From a virus: a stretch of DNA of 64,000 bases. Positions 9,595-18,054 of the stretch are shown here, in pieces. The number at the start of each line of letters is the position of its first letter. Positions within the stretch are counted from its first letter, which is position 1. The translations under genes were made by a program, and so were the position numbers. The stretch covers positions 422 to 64,421 of the IMG/VR virus record IMGVR_UViG_2509276021_000001; one strand, 5' to 3'. A model generated the notes under the pieces. That model was not told where the DNA came from. It did no database searches and saw only the letters and a list, made by a program, of their open reading frames with translations.

Positions 9595-10090
9595 ATGGAA
9601 GCCATCCGACGCCGGCGCAGGCTTGAAATCATATGCCGGCAAGCGGGTTGGAGTGATTTGCGAGGAGTGCGAGATCCTGAAGTTCTTCGAAGGTGACGCC
9701 CTGATTGCCAAGCATGGCAACGTCCCAATGCCGACGCTCCTCGAGACACTCGCAAAAGAGAACCTGGGTTGTCAGCGAACCGAAAACAAATATTACGAAC
9801 GGTGCAAGCTCACCTATCACCACAGCCCGGAAGAATGGGCGCGGCGGCGCGGGTATGTGAAGCCGGAGGACGCACGCAAAGACGATAGAGCCATCGGCGA
9901 ACTGGCCGAGTGGGAGGGGATGGTGGCATTTTGCGGGGACCCGAAATGCAAGCGTAAGCAGCCGCTCGATCGGTGGGCGTTGCAGAAGCGGCTCGGCAAA
10001 CATACGAAGATTTCGACAATCGGCCCGCGACTTAAATGCAAGTGCGGTCACCGCGGCGCCAGAATCGTCATCGGCTATGTCTCGCGCTAA
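9581..10090 (+). CDS. Two-domain Zn-binding hypothetical protein
   Basis: CEEC...C...C and CGDPKC...CKC clusters in two similar halves. Confidence 0.75.
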   Translation: MSVDEWKPSDAGAGLKSYAGKRVGVICEECEILKFFEGDALIAKHGNVPMPTLLETLAKENLGCQRTENKYYERCKLTYHHSPEEWARRRGYVKPEDARKDDRAIGELAEWEGMVAFCGDPKCKRKQPLDRWALQKRLGKHTKISTIGPRLKCKCGHRGARIVIGYVSR

Positions 10091-10117
10091 GGCAGGATAC
10101 CTGAAGGGGAACATTGA

Positions 10118-10492
10118 ATGATTGCTGGACTGATCATCTGCGCATCGCTGACGGCGGTCGACGGTGACACCGTCAAATGCGACGGGCAGAACATGCGGCT
10201 GCTTGGGGAGGGTATTCCGTTCGTCTCGGGCATCGACACGCCGGAGATCGGATCGCACGCGAAGTGCATCAAGGAACGGAAGCTGGCGCTGATCGCCAAG
10301 GGAAGGCTGAAAGAGCTTTTGGCTGAAAAGGGATTGCGGATCGTGTCGAGCGGAGCGGTCGACCGGACGCCTTCGCACCGGCCGCTCGTTAACATCTATC
10401 GAACAAATGGGGAAGAGATCGGCATGAAGCTACTCAAGGAGGGTTTTGCGCGGACCTGGAGCCCGAAGCAGCGAAACGACTGGTGCGATTGA
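10118..10492 (+). CDS. Thermonuclease (SNase-like) family protein
   Basis: VDGDT, GIDTPEI, R-x-L and LLKEGFAR motifs; short hydrophobic N-terminus. Confidence 0.88.
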   Translation: MIAGLIICASLTAVDGDTVKCDGQNMRLLGEGIPFVSGIDTPEIGSHAKCIKERKLALIAKGRLKELLAEKGLRIVSSGAVDRTPSHRPLVNIYRTNGEEIGMKLLKEGFARTWSPKQRNDWCD

Positions 10493-10710
10493 TGTCGGCC
10501 GCCCAGCGTACAGGAGACACATTGCTTGGGGTAAGCAAATAATCGCCGAGCGGCCAGATGAAACAATAGGACATATTCCTTTCAGATCTAGTTGTCTTTT
10601 TCTTAAGTCGGAAACCGTACAATCACTTTTGTTTGACTCTAAACTTTTAAAACCAGAGTTTGCAAAAGTATTATTTATTGCAAAAATGGAAATGTAGTGC
10701 ATAATATTTG

Positions 10711-10780
10711 TGCAGCGCCTAGATGCGCATGCCTACGATAAACCCCACCATGCTCATCCTCGCCGTCGCGAGGATTTTTT
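10711..10780 (+). ncRNA. Candidate ~70-nt small RNA
   Basis: TTGCAA (10678) and CATAAT (10700) promoter; no RBS-led ORF; ends in ATCCTCGC-CGTC-GCGAGGAT-TTTTT terminator. Confidence 0.4.
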
Positions 10781-10824
10781 CCCAAAAGCAACGAACGACA
10801 TAAGAAACATGGTTTAGCTATTCT

Positions 10825-11031
10825 TTAGCCACTGCCGAAGTGGCGATACGATTGGTGCGGAACTGGACGGGAACCGCATCCTCGGCTGGTGGTTAAATGT
10901 TTGGATCGTTGGATAGCATCTGCCCGTCTGTTCGCGATCTGCCCCTTCAAAGGGGTTCGGGCCGCGCAGCGGGCAATGGTCCACTCCTTCTCCAGCCCTT
11001 CTGCGTGGCCCGTATATGGAGTAATGAACAA
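10825..11031 (-). CDS. 68-aa basic hypothetical protein
   Basis: TTG start preceded by GGAGA at good spacing. Confidence 0.5.
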   Translation of the reverse strand: MFITPYTGHAEGLEKEWTIARCAARTPLKGQIANRRADAIQRSKHLTTSRGCGSRPVPHQSYRHFGSG

Positions 11032-11064
11032 GGCATCTCCACGTCATCTCGAGTTTCCCCAACT

Positions 11065-11089
11065 GCCCTGCTTCGGCGGGGCTTTTTTT
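11065..11089 (+). terminator. Intrinsic terminator, antisense to the 5' end of the 68-aa ORF
   Basis: GCCCTGC-TTCG-GCGGGGC followed by T7. Confidence 0.85.
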
Positions 11090-11136
11090 ATTGTCAGCAA
11101 GCTTATGAAGGTTTTCGCCACTGGACGGGATAATAG

Positions 11137-11421
11137 TTGAATGAGGGAGGAGTGATGCGCTGGCGGTTTCCGGCAGTTAACGACATGACACCGCAGCTTG
11201 ATCGATGCAGCCGCGGCCACCGGCCGCAGGCCTTATACGGCGCCATCTCGATCATATCCTGCCCGACTTGCGGAGAGAAAATCACTGTCGAGACGTCGCC
11301 GCTTTTCAGCGACAACGCCAGGCAGCGCGAGCATGAGGCGTGGCGGGCAGTATTGGCGTGGAATGAAAGGCGCAGTCATCTATCCGCCGGTGGGTTGCGG
11401 CTGAAACCGGCGGGCCCGTAA
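11137..11421 (+). CDS. Zn-ribbon protein resembling the Lar restriction-alleviation family
   Basis: CPTCG knuckle and C-terminal AVLAWNERR, similar to the Lar-type AWNxR ending; start uncertain. Confidence 0.45.
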   Translation: MNEGGVMRWRFPAVNDMTPQLDRCSRGHRPQALYGAISIISCPTCGEKITVETSPLFSDNARQREHEAWRAVLAWNERRSHLSAGGLRLKPAGP

Positions 11422-11991
11422 ATCGTCGATCTCTTTCTTCATGTCCTGAATCACATCGCGGGTGCCATACACGGCTCCGACATCCTGCCGCAGTTCATCG
11501 ACGCGTCGGTTGAGCTCAAGAACTTCTTGATCGCGAGCCCTATTGCGCTCTGTCCATTCATTACGGCTAACGCTGTTGATGCGAAGATCTGTTAGCGCAT
11601 CGTCGCTTCGCTTTCGATCTTCCGATGATCGGGTCGAACGATATTCGAGATCCTTCTGCGTCACCGCGGTTTCCGCCATCCGTGACATTGCGTCCTCGAG
11701 ACGGGAATTGTTGTCCTTGATCGGTTGAAGGGCCATGAACCCCAGACCCGAAAGAATGACGACGCCGACGCCGATTGCCGACCAAATGACGGGCCACTGC
11801 GTCTTGCCGGAACTCCGCAGCTCGTTCGACAAGGCAGCCAAATTGGCATTGACGCCCTGAAAGCCTGTGTTCATGTTCGATCTGAGGTCGATGATATCCT
11901 TGCCTTGGTTCTCGACGCGCTCGGATAAGCGAGCCCATGAAGCCATTGGGTCAAAGGTGTTGCCGTTGCCGTTTACCATCTCATCCGCCAT
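11380..11991 (-). CDS. Single-pass membrane coiled-coil protein at the end of the lysis cassette
   Basis: One TM segment (WPVIWSAIGVGVVILSGLGFMAL) flanked by heptad-rich regions. Confidence 0.7.
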   Translation of the reverse strand: MADEMVNGNGNTFDPMASWARLSERVENQGKDIIDLRSNMNTGFQGVNANLAALSNELRSSGKTQWPVIWSAIGVGVVILSGLGFMALQPIKDNNSRLEDAMSRMAETAVTQKDLEYRSTRSSEDRKRSDDALTDLRINSVSRNEWTERNRARDQEVLELNRRVDELRQDVGAVYGTRDVIQDMKKEIDDLRARRFQPQPTGG

Positions 11992-12019
11992 TTAATTGCG
12001 CCCTGCCCTTGCCCTATGC

Positions 12020-12325
12020 TTATCGTGCGCCGAGGCGCGTCTGGATATCGTCGTAGAATTCGACTGTTCGTTGCTGTCGACTGTTCGCTCGATCGAGCGC
12101 CTGCCTCTCCCGCGCGAGGATTGAGATCAGCGGCTGACCTTCCATGATCGGCGCGTGAGTTTCTTGTTTGCGGAGATCGTCGGGAAGCGCCGGAAGCAGC
12201 ACACCGGCTTGCGCCTGCCCTTTGGCGGAAGCCGCACGGTTCAGCCGCTCAGTGGCGGAGCAGCCAGTCACGATCAGCAGCAGTGACAGCGCAAGCGCGG
12301 TTCTTCTCGGAGAGCTGGAGTTCAT
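12020..12325 (-). CDS. Outer-membrane spanin (Rz1-like lipoprotein)
   Basis: Lipobox LIVTGC; 5' end embedded out of frame in the i-spanin 3' end. Confidence 0.75.
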   Translation of the reverse strand: MNSSSPRRTALALSLLLIVTGCSATERLNRAASAKGQAQAGVLLPALPDDLRKQETHAPIMEGQPLISILARERQALDRANSRQQRTVEFYDDIQTRLGAR

Positions 12326-12614
12326 AGGATTGGATCTCGTTTTCGAGGGTGTCTTTGGCGGCCTGCTCCGATGCCTGGGCGGCCTCGAGGCGTTTCCGGT
12401 GTTCTTCGGTGGCCTGGGCAGCGGCGTTGCGCTGGCGCTCCATCTCGGCGGCGCGGGCGTCGGCGGCGGTTTTCTCAGCCAGGAACACGTAGCCCGCCCG
12501 CGCCTCGCGAGCAGCGGAAGGATAGCCGATGGCGACGGCGTAGACGTGATAAAGGAGGATGCCCGCCGCGACACCGGCGCCAAGCTTGGCATAATCGAGG
12601 ATCCCGAACATCAC
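12249..12614 (-). CDS. Inner-membrane spanin (Rz-like)
   Basis: N-terminal TM, Ala/Glu/Arg coiled coil, C-terminal Cys; follows the lysozyme. Confidence 0.75.
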   Translation of the reverse strand: MMFGILDYAKLGAGVAAGILLYHVYAVAIGYPSAAREARAGYVFLAEKTAADARAAEMERQRNAAAQATEEHRKRLEAAQASEQAAKDTLENEIQSYELQLSEKNRACAVTAADRDWLLRH

Positions 12615-13075
12615 AGGTCCTCAAGGCAGAATTGGCGTTCCTTTTGCCGGCGGCGGGTCAGGCCTGGGAAGACGATGCCGGCAGCTCGGTTCCACTTCAA
12701 CAGAGCCTCGCAGCCTTCGGCCGTCTTTCCCTGATTAATGAGCTTGACGGCACTCGATCCGCAGGCCGACTTGACCCCGACATTGTAGGCGAAGGAGGTC
12801 AGCGCCACGAAACGAGCATCCGGCAGGGGGACGATCACGCATTGGTCAATGCCGGCGGCGTACTTTTGGAGCTCGAGCGAGAGAAGCGCCTTGCACTGCT
12901 CGACCGTCTTAAAGTCGCCAGGCTTCACGCCATTGGTGCTGCCGTAGCAGATCGTCCACGGCTGCCCTTGCGTGGCCGGATCCGGATAGGCGTTCTGTCG
13001 AAGCCCCTCAAACGAGCCCACAAGCGCCACGGCCATAGCTGCAGCGGCACTACCTTTCTGAAGACGGTTTGCCAT
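12611..13075 (-). CDS. Endolysin, GH24 phage lysozyme
   Basis: FEGLRQNAYPD...WTICYGST catalytic E/D/T; ALTSFAYNVG; GLTRRRQKER; Ala-rich N-terminus suggests a SAR anchor. Confidence 0.93.
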   Translation of the reverse strand: MANRLQKGSAAAAMAVALVGSFEGLRQNAYPDPATQGQPWTICYGSTNGVKPGDFKTVEQCKALLSLELQKYAAGIDQCVIVPLPDARFVALTSFAYNVGVKSACGSSAVKLINQGKTAEGCEALLKWNRAAGIVFPGLTRRRQKERQFCLEDL

Positions 13076-13304
13076 TCAAATCCCCTGAGATTTTCTGTTG
13101 AAGAACAATGCGCGCAACGATCGCAGCGGCGGCAATGACGCCGGTGAACGCCGACATTCCGAGCCGGACATAGAAGCTCTTCGCCACCCATTCGGCCGCG
13201 AAGAACAAATAGACGGGCTCGGCTATGATGATGAGAAGCAGAAAGGTAAGCAGGCGCACCGACCAGGCGCGCTTAAGCACCTCGCGCCAGTTATGGACGA
13301 GCAT
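13050..13304 (-). CDS. Putative holin
   Basis: NWREVLKRAWSVR start, two TM helices, overlaps the lysozyme start. Confidence 0.75.
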   Translation of the reverse strand: MLVHNWREVLKRAWSVRLLTFLLLIIIAEPVYLFFAAEWVAKSFYVRLGMSAFTGVIAAAAIVARIVLQQKISGDLNGKPSSER

Positions 13305-13329
13305 GGGGAGTTCTCCGATTTTCGATCTG

Positions 13330-13352
13330 AAAATGCCGCCCGGAGGCGGCTT
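13330..13352 (-). terminator. Hairpin upstream of the holin
   Basis: Minus strand GCCGCC-TCCG-GGCGGC-ATTTT. Confidence 0.55.
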
Positions 13353-13460
13353 GGCTTTTTAGCGCGGCCGCGCATCAAATGATGTCAGGCAGGTGGGGTA
13401 GCCAACACTCGACATCTTCGCCCTTCGCCATATTTCCTTAACACCATCAAGGAGGGAAAT

Positions 13461-13721
13461 ATGTTTCGAGCACTAGCCGTTTCTCTATCTGTCAGCGCCA
13501 CAGCTATCCTGTGCCAGCCCGTTTTTGCAGCTGACATGATCGAGGGCTATCGCCCACCACCGGCTACGCGCCATGTCGTTTACCACCCTAAAAAGGTGTA
13601 TGTCAGGAAGTCTGTTCACGAGTGCGGTGAGCTATTGGTGGAGTACCGCCCGCCGTATCGTCCTCACACGGAGATTGTTACCATCTGCCATCCACGCAAG
13701 TATGTCCTTACCCGATACTGA
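13461..13721 (+). CDS. Small exported basic protein (moron, opposite strand)
   Basis: AAGGAGG RBS; signal peptide ending VFA; Pro/Arg/His/Tyr-rich mature part with two Cys. Confidence 0.7.
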   Translation: MFRALAVSLSVSATAILCQPVFAADMIEGYRPPPATRHVVYHPKKVYVRKSVHECGELLVEYRPPYRPHTEIVTICHPRKYVLTRY

Positions 13722-13868
13722 CGGCCGATATGTTTTCAGGAGGGCGGCAAAAAAATGCCGCTAGACGGCGGCATGGAAGCATGGCCGGAAAGGCCGGATC
13801 AGAGCTTAGATCCGCGATCCTTTCGTCTGGTCGCGGACGGCGCGGCGGCCGACTTCATGATGCGGTGG

Positions 13869-14984
13869 TCAAGTCGCCGTTGCGACGATCGGTCGACCAT
13901 CAGGCCGACGATCTGAGAAACGCGATTTAGCCCAGTCATTAATTGGCAGCTCGAAAAAGTTGTACGAGAGGGCCGCCAGGGCAATGGTCACCGGCAGGGC
14001 CAGCATTAGAAGAAGTGCGAAGATGACGCGCGACTGAGCGAACCCCATCTGCTGCAATTCGTATGCCCACAGAAGCAGCAGCGGTTGGTGGATCACGTAG
14101 AACCCATACGACCGCACTCCGAGGTAAACCAGAGCCGGCGCCTTCAGGACACGCCGCATGATCTGTGCTACCGGATTGCTCTCCCAGGCAACAGAAAGAA
14201 CTGCGATTGTCCAGATCGAAGCAGGAATGAGATCTCTCGACGAAGCCAGAAAGAGCGCGGCACCGACGAAGATGAGGCGCGGTTCTTTTCGAAGCTCATC
14301 GAGATAAAGCGCCGTCAGGATCCCAACCACGAACATCGAAAGTCTCATCGGAAGAAACGATGGGATCTGATCGAAGTGCCCCTGGAACAGGTTTGGGCCA
14401 AGAATGCCGAGCGTGACCAGAACAGCAGCGCTTACCCAACGCTTCTCTGGAGCGCGGCAGATGGCGACCATGATCGGGGCTACGAGATAGAACTGCCATT
14501 CGAGCGACAAGCTCCACAGAGGGCCGTTGAATGCAAGCGAGGCTCCATACAGAAATGTATCTGGAACCGCGCCGTGCAACAGCGTCAGGTGCGCTATCAA
14601 ATGAGAGTAAAACCCGATCTCCTCACCATCCGTTCTCATCAGGATACGCGCCAACGATGGCTGATCCGACCATGGCAGTTGCTGCATTACCAAGGGGAAC
14701 AGGTGAGAGGTTGAAATGCCAAGGATCAACGCAACGAGGTAGATCGGATAAATCCGAAAGAACCTTTTCGCCAAGTATCCAGCGTAGGTGCTTTGACTTC
14801 TAACAAGTGATGTGGTGATGGCGAAGCCGCTCAGCATGATGAAAACAGAAACGGCGTGACCACCCTGAGAGAGGAAGCCGAAGATCCTCCCTTCTCTTAA
14901 GCCTGCTAGAAAAAGAACATGCCCGATGAAAACCCACATAGCCATCAGCCACCTAAGTCCATCGAACTCTTTGACTACCTTCAT
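13869..14984 (-). CDS. Acyltransferase-3 family membrane O-acyltransferase (moron)
   Basis: FDGLR..MAMWVFIGH, AVSVFIMLSGFAI, RFFRIYP, WSLSLEWQFYL, SYGFYVIH, SYNFFELP motifs; about ten TM helices. Confidence 0.92.
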   Translation of the reverse strand: MKVVKEFDGLRWLMAMWVFIGHVLFLAGLREGRIFGFLSQGGHAVSVFIMLSGFAITTSLVRSQSTYAGYLAKRFFRIYPIYLVALILGISTSHLFPLVMQQLPWSDQPSLARILMRTDGEEIGFYSHLIAHLTLLHGAVPDTFLYGASLAFNGPLWSLSLEWQFYLVAPIMVAICRAPEKRWVSAAVLVTLGILGPNLFQGHFDQIPSFLPMRLSMFVVGILTALYLDELRKEPRLIFVGAALFLASSRDLIPASIWTIAVLSVAWESNPVAQIMRRVLKAPALVYLGVRSYGFYVIHQPLLLLWAYELQQMGFAQSRVIFALLLMLALPVTIALAALSYNFFELPINDWAKSRFSDRRPDGRPIVATAT

Positions 14985-15084
14985 CGCCCGACCCCAACGT
15001 TAATTAATGGTAATCTTAAAGACGGGGCGGAGGGATTTTTGCAAGTCCGATTTCTTGGGATGGCCTTCTTTCTCGGCGATTGTG

Positions 15085-17403
15085 TCAATTAGTCCACTTC
15101 GCCATAAGGTAGGCCTCTGCGACGCCGACCTTGCTGTCTGCTGACGTTACCGTGCCGTCCATCAGGAAGACCTCTCCATAGGCACCGCCGAAGGCAACGG
15201 CGGCGGTGTAGGCGTTCGTGCTGTCATCGTAGCGGCCGCCCAAGGACATCCGGTTGATCGTCATCGCAGGCCCATTCAGGGAACCTTGGTTCAGGACGAC
15301 AACGCCCTCGACCCGGATCGTCACCGTCTGGCCTTCGAATATCCACGCCACCGTGTACCAGTGATCAGCGGTCACCAGGCCATCGGCACTTTGGTTCTGG
15401 ACGAGCGTGTTGTTGACGTTGCGCCCAAAGCCGACGTTGTTTGTCCCGCCGAACGAGCCGCGAATGTAGTTGTTTATGGTCCCAGCATCCGGCGAGCAGG
15501 ACCAAGGGGTGCCCGAGACCGACGGGGTGCCTCGCTTCACTGCCGCTATGATGGTGAACGGGTTGTCGTCGCCCGTCATCTCGCTAACGACTGTGCTATT
15601 TGTGGTGAAAAGATAGTCGTTGTTCGCCGTGACGAATTTGATGCTCTTCTTGCCGTTGGCATCGGTGAGATATTCCGGTGTCTGGGCGCCGACGCTGTTG
15701 GCCAGAGCCGCACCGAGTTTTTTGCCGATGAATGCCTGCACAGACGACGAGCCGGCGACAGCCTGCGTGGTCGCTGCAGCATCGCTGAACACCGTAGCGT
15801 TGTCGTTCGCATCCCACCATTCGACAATTTTTGATTCCGTTGCCGGGTTAAAGGTGGCCGCAATTGTCTTGCTGGCCGACGCGGACTTGCTCTGCCCCAC
15901 CGAGTTGGTGACCGTGACCTGGACGGTATAGGTGCCGGCGACGGCTGTGCCGGTGATCCGGCCCGTCGCATCGTTGTACGAAAGACCTGAGCCAGTTAGG
16001 CCAGTGACAGCGATAGTTTTCGTCTTGGAAGCGCCATTGGTGACGAGGACACCGCAATCCTGCAGGGCGTAGAGGTCGATATTGACGCTTTCGCCCGCCA
16101 CGCCCAACTCGGGAACGACAGGGACCGGGCCAACGTTGACGGCGAAGCGGAGCGGGCGGCCAGCACAACCGGCCTTCCAGCCCGCCAAGACGAAATTCAG
16201 GCGCCCTGTCCTCCCAGAGGTGATGTTGACCGTGACCTCGCGCGTCCCGCTGTTGTAGCTGACTCCGGCCGGGAACTGCGAATAGATGGCCGCATGCGAG
16301 ACGCCTGGCTCGTTTTCTTCGTTGTAGACAACCTGCAGATATTCGCTGACAGAGGCGTCGCCCCAGATCGCCAGCGCGCTCGGGAGCGTGAATGTGACGC
16401 TCGATCCGTAATCGACATTGACGTCGTTGACGGAGATGATCGGCGCGAAACTCTGCTTGCCTGTGCGCGACCATACGCGGATCCAGTCGACATCGATCTG
16501 CGCCCCGTCGGCATCAGCATTCCATGCGGACTGGCTGTAGGTGTCGCCGTCGAAGGTCGGATTAAAGATGTGGCTGGAGATGATTGGATATTGCGGCTTG
16601 TCCTTGTCATTGCCGCCGTTCAGCGTGCCGTTCAGCACTCCGTCGATATAGCGCCGCGCGTTCGTCTTGTTGAAGATGAAGGAGATCGTGTGCCACTGGC
16701 CGTCATGGTCGAAGCGGGTGCCAGAGCTCGACGCGGTCGTTGACCCGCCCGTCCACAGGTTCTTATTGAATTTCGCGCCGAGGCTGGTCCCTTCGTGGTC
16801 GAATTCATCGGATTCAATCGGTTGGACCGGCGTCAGGGATTGCACCCATACCGTGGGATGCCAGCCAGCCGGCGCGCCGCTCGACATCCTCACCCTGGCC
16901 TCGAAGATGACATCCTCGGTTCCAGCCACGCCAGGATACCAGTACATGGCGCCGGCACCGGAGATCATCGCTGAAACTTCGTTGCGGACAACACCACTGG
17001 CAAGCGCCATATGAGCCTGCTCGCCAGAGGTTGCCTTTCGGGATTGCAGGGTGAGAACGCTCGCCGATAGCGACATATTGCTGAAGCCGGCCGGAACGCC
17101 CCGGTTGCTATCCATATGCCCAGTGAAAAGCGGGTCTGTATCGAACATCGTGCCGAGCGCGCCGTCAGAGCCTCGAGCCCCGGCGCCATAGGTGCGCGTC
17201 GGGAAATATTTGCCACGCGGCGCGGCCGGGCCAACTAGATCAAGCGCCGCGAACTCGTCACCGTCGTTGAGGGTATATCCCTCATAGATCGAACCGACAG
17301 CACCTACCGCGCCGACGGCAATGCCGCCGATCGTGCTGGCGGCGCGCGCGGCGCCCTTGGCGCTCGCAAGCATCGCGCGCATTTTCCGATTAGTCATTGC
17401 CAT
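15085..17403 (-). CDS. Putative virion protein: GH16 glycoside-hydrolase domain, Ig-like spacers and C-terminal LamG-type domain
   Basis: GWHPTVW, catalytic EFDHE (ExDxE, 16792-16806), WHTISF, YIDG and VDWIRVW match GH16; TGRITGT...YTVQVTVTNS Ig-like repeat; C-terminal lectin-like beta-sandwich. Confidence 0.78.
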   Translation of the reverse strand: MAMTNRKMRAMLASAKGAARAASTIGGIAVGAVGAVGSIYEGYTLNDGDEFAALDLVGPAAPRGKYFPTRTYGAGARGSDGALGTMFDTDPLFTGHMDSNRGVPAGFSNMSLSASVLTLQSRKATSGEQAHMALASGVVRNEVSAMISGAGAMYWYPGVAGTEDVIFEARVRMSSGAPAGWHPTVWVQSLTPVQPIESDEFDHEGTSLGAKFNKNLWTGGSTTASSSGTRFDHDGQWHTISFIFNKTNARRYIDGVLNGTLNGGNDKDKPQYPIISSHIFNPTFDGDTYSQSAWNADADGAQIDVDWIRVWSRTGKQSFAPIISVNDVNVDYGSSVTFTLPSALAIWGDASVSEYLQVVYNEENEPGVSHAAIYSQFPAGVSYNSGTREVTVNITSGRTGRLNFVLAGWKAGCAGRPLRFAVNVGPVPVVPELGVAGESVNIDLYALQDCGVLVTNGASKTKTIAVTGLTGSGLSYNDATGRITGTAVAGTYTVQVTVTNSVGQSKSASASKTIAATFNPATESKIVEWWDANDNATVFSDAAATTQAVAGSSSVQAFIGKKLGAALANSVGAQTPEYLTDANGKKSIKFVTANNDYLFTTNSTVVSEMTGDDNPFTIIAAVKRGTPSVSGTPWSCSPDAGTINNYIRGSFGGTNNVGFGRNVNNTLVQNQSADGLVTADHWYTVAWIFEGQTVTIRVEGVVVLNQGSLNGPAMTINRMSLGGRYDDSTNAYTAAVAFGGAYGEVFLMDGTVTSADSKVGVAEAYLMAKWTN

Positions 17404-17406
17404 CGA

Positions 17407-18054
17407 TTAGACCTCGACGCGGTGAAGGGAGACCTTGTAAACGGCCAGCGCGGTCGGCGTGTAGGCCGAGACTGCCTGCAGCACGCCAAAGACGTCGCCG
17501 CCTGTTACCCTGATCTGCTTGCCAACATTCGTGACCTCGGTCAGGGCAATCGAGCCGATATCGGTCGGTGCCGGAATGTCGATAAAGCCGAGATAAACGC
17601 TTCGGTCGCCACTCGGCACGTCGAAGGCGGCGGCATCCGCAGGTGCCGAGGGCGGCGTGGCGCTGTAGAGATGCAGGCGGAACGCAGTCCCCGGCGCGGT
17701 TGCGACATCGGCCTCGAGCTGGGCGCTGACGATCATGATCGAGGCGCCGCCGGACTTGCCAAGCCCGGTGAACTGAAGCGCAGCGGCCGCCGCACCAACA
17801 ACGGCGCCGGCGGCATAGGCCGTCGTGTTGTTCTGCCTGGTGAAGCTCTGAGAGACATCCGCCGCGGTCGAGACCTGGTTGACCGCCAGCGTGGTGCCGA
17901 GCGCCGTGGTGATCGCTTTGACGCGGTCGAGCAGTGTGTTGGCGGTCGGAGAGGCCTGCACCTCACCGACGAGCGCGATAAGCGCGGTAACGGTTGCGAC
18001 GTCAAGCGGATCGCCGTTGGCGTCGAGAACGGTAAGCTGCGGTACCTGTGCCAT
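17407..18054 (-). CDS. Putative structural adaptor/decoration protein
   Basis: Abuts both neighbours; GEVQASPTANTLLDR and FTRQNNTTAYAAGAVV motifs; beta-rich C-terminus. Confidence 0.6.
   Translation of the reverse strand: MAQVPQLTVLDANGDPLDVATVTALIALVGEVQASPTANTLLDRVKAITTALGTTLAVNQVSTAADVSQSFTRQNNTTAYAAGAVVGAAAAALQFTGLGKSGGASIMIVSAQLEADVATAPGTAFRLHLYSATPPSAPADAAAFDVPSGDRSVYLGFIDIPAPTDIGSIALTEVTNVGKQIRVTGGDVFGVLQAVSAYTPTALAVYKVSLHRVEV

Noticed and set aside
12168-13138. Plus-strand ORFs opposite the lysis genes
   Set aside because: Antisense shadows of well-supported genes in high-GC DNA; the same applies to long shadows such as 17422-18324, 29529-30416, 36232-36984, 39406-40257 and 58908-59687.
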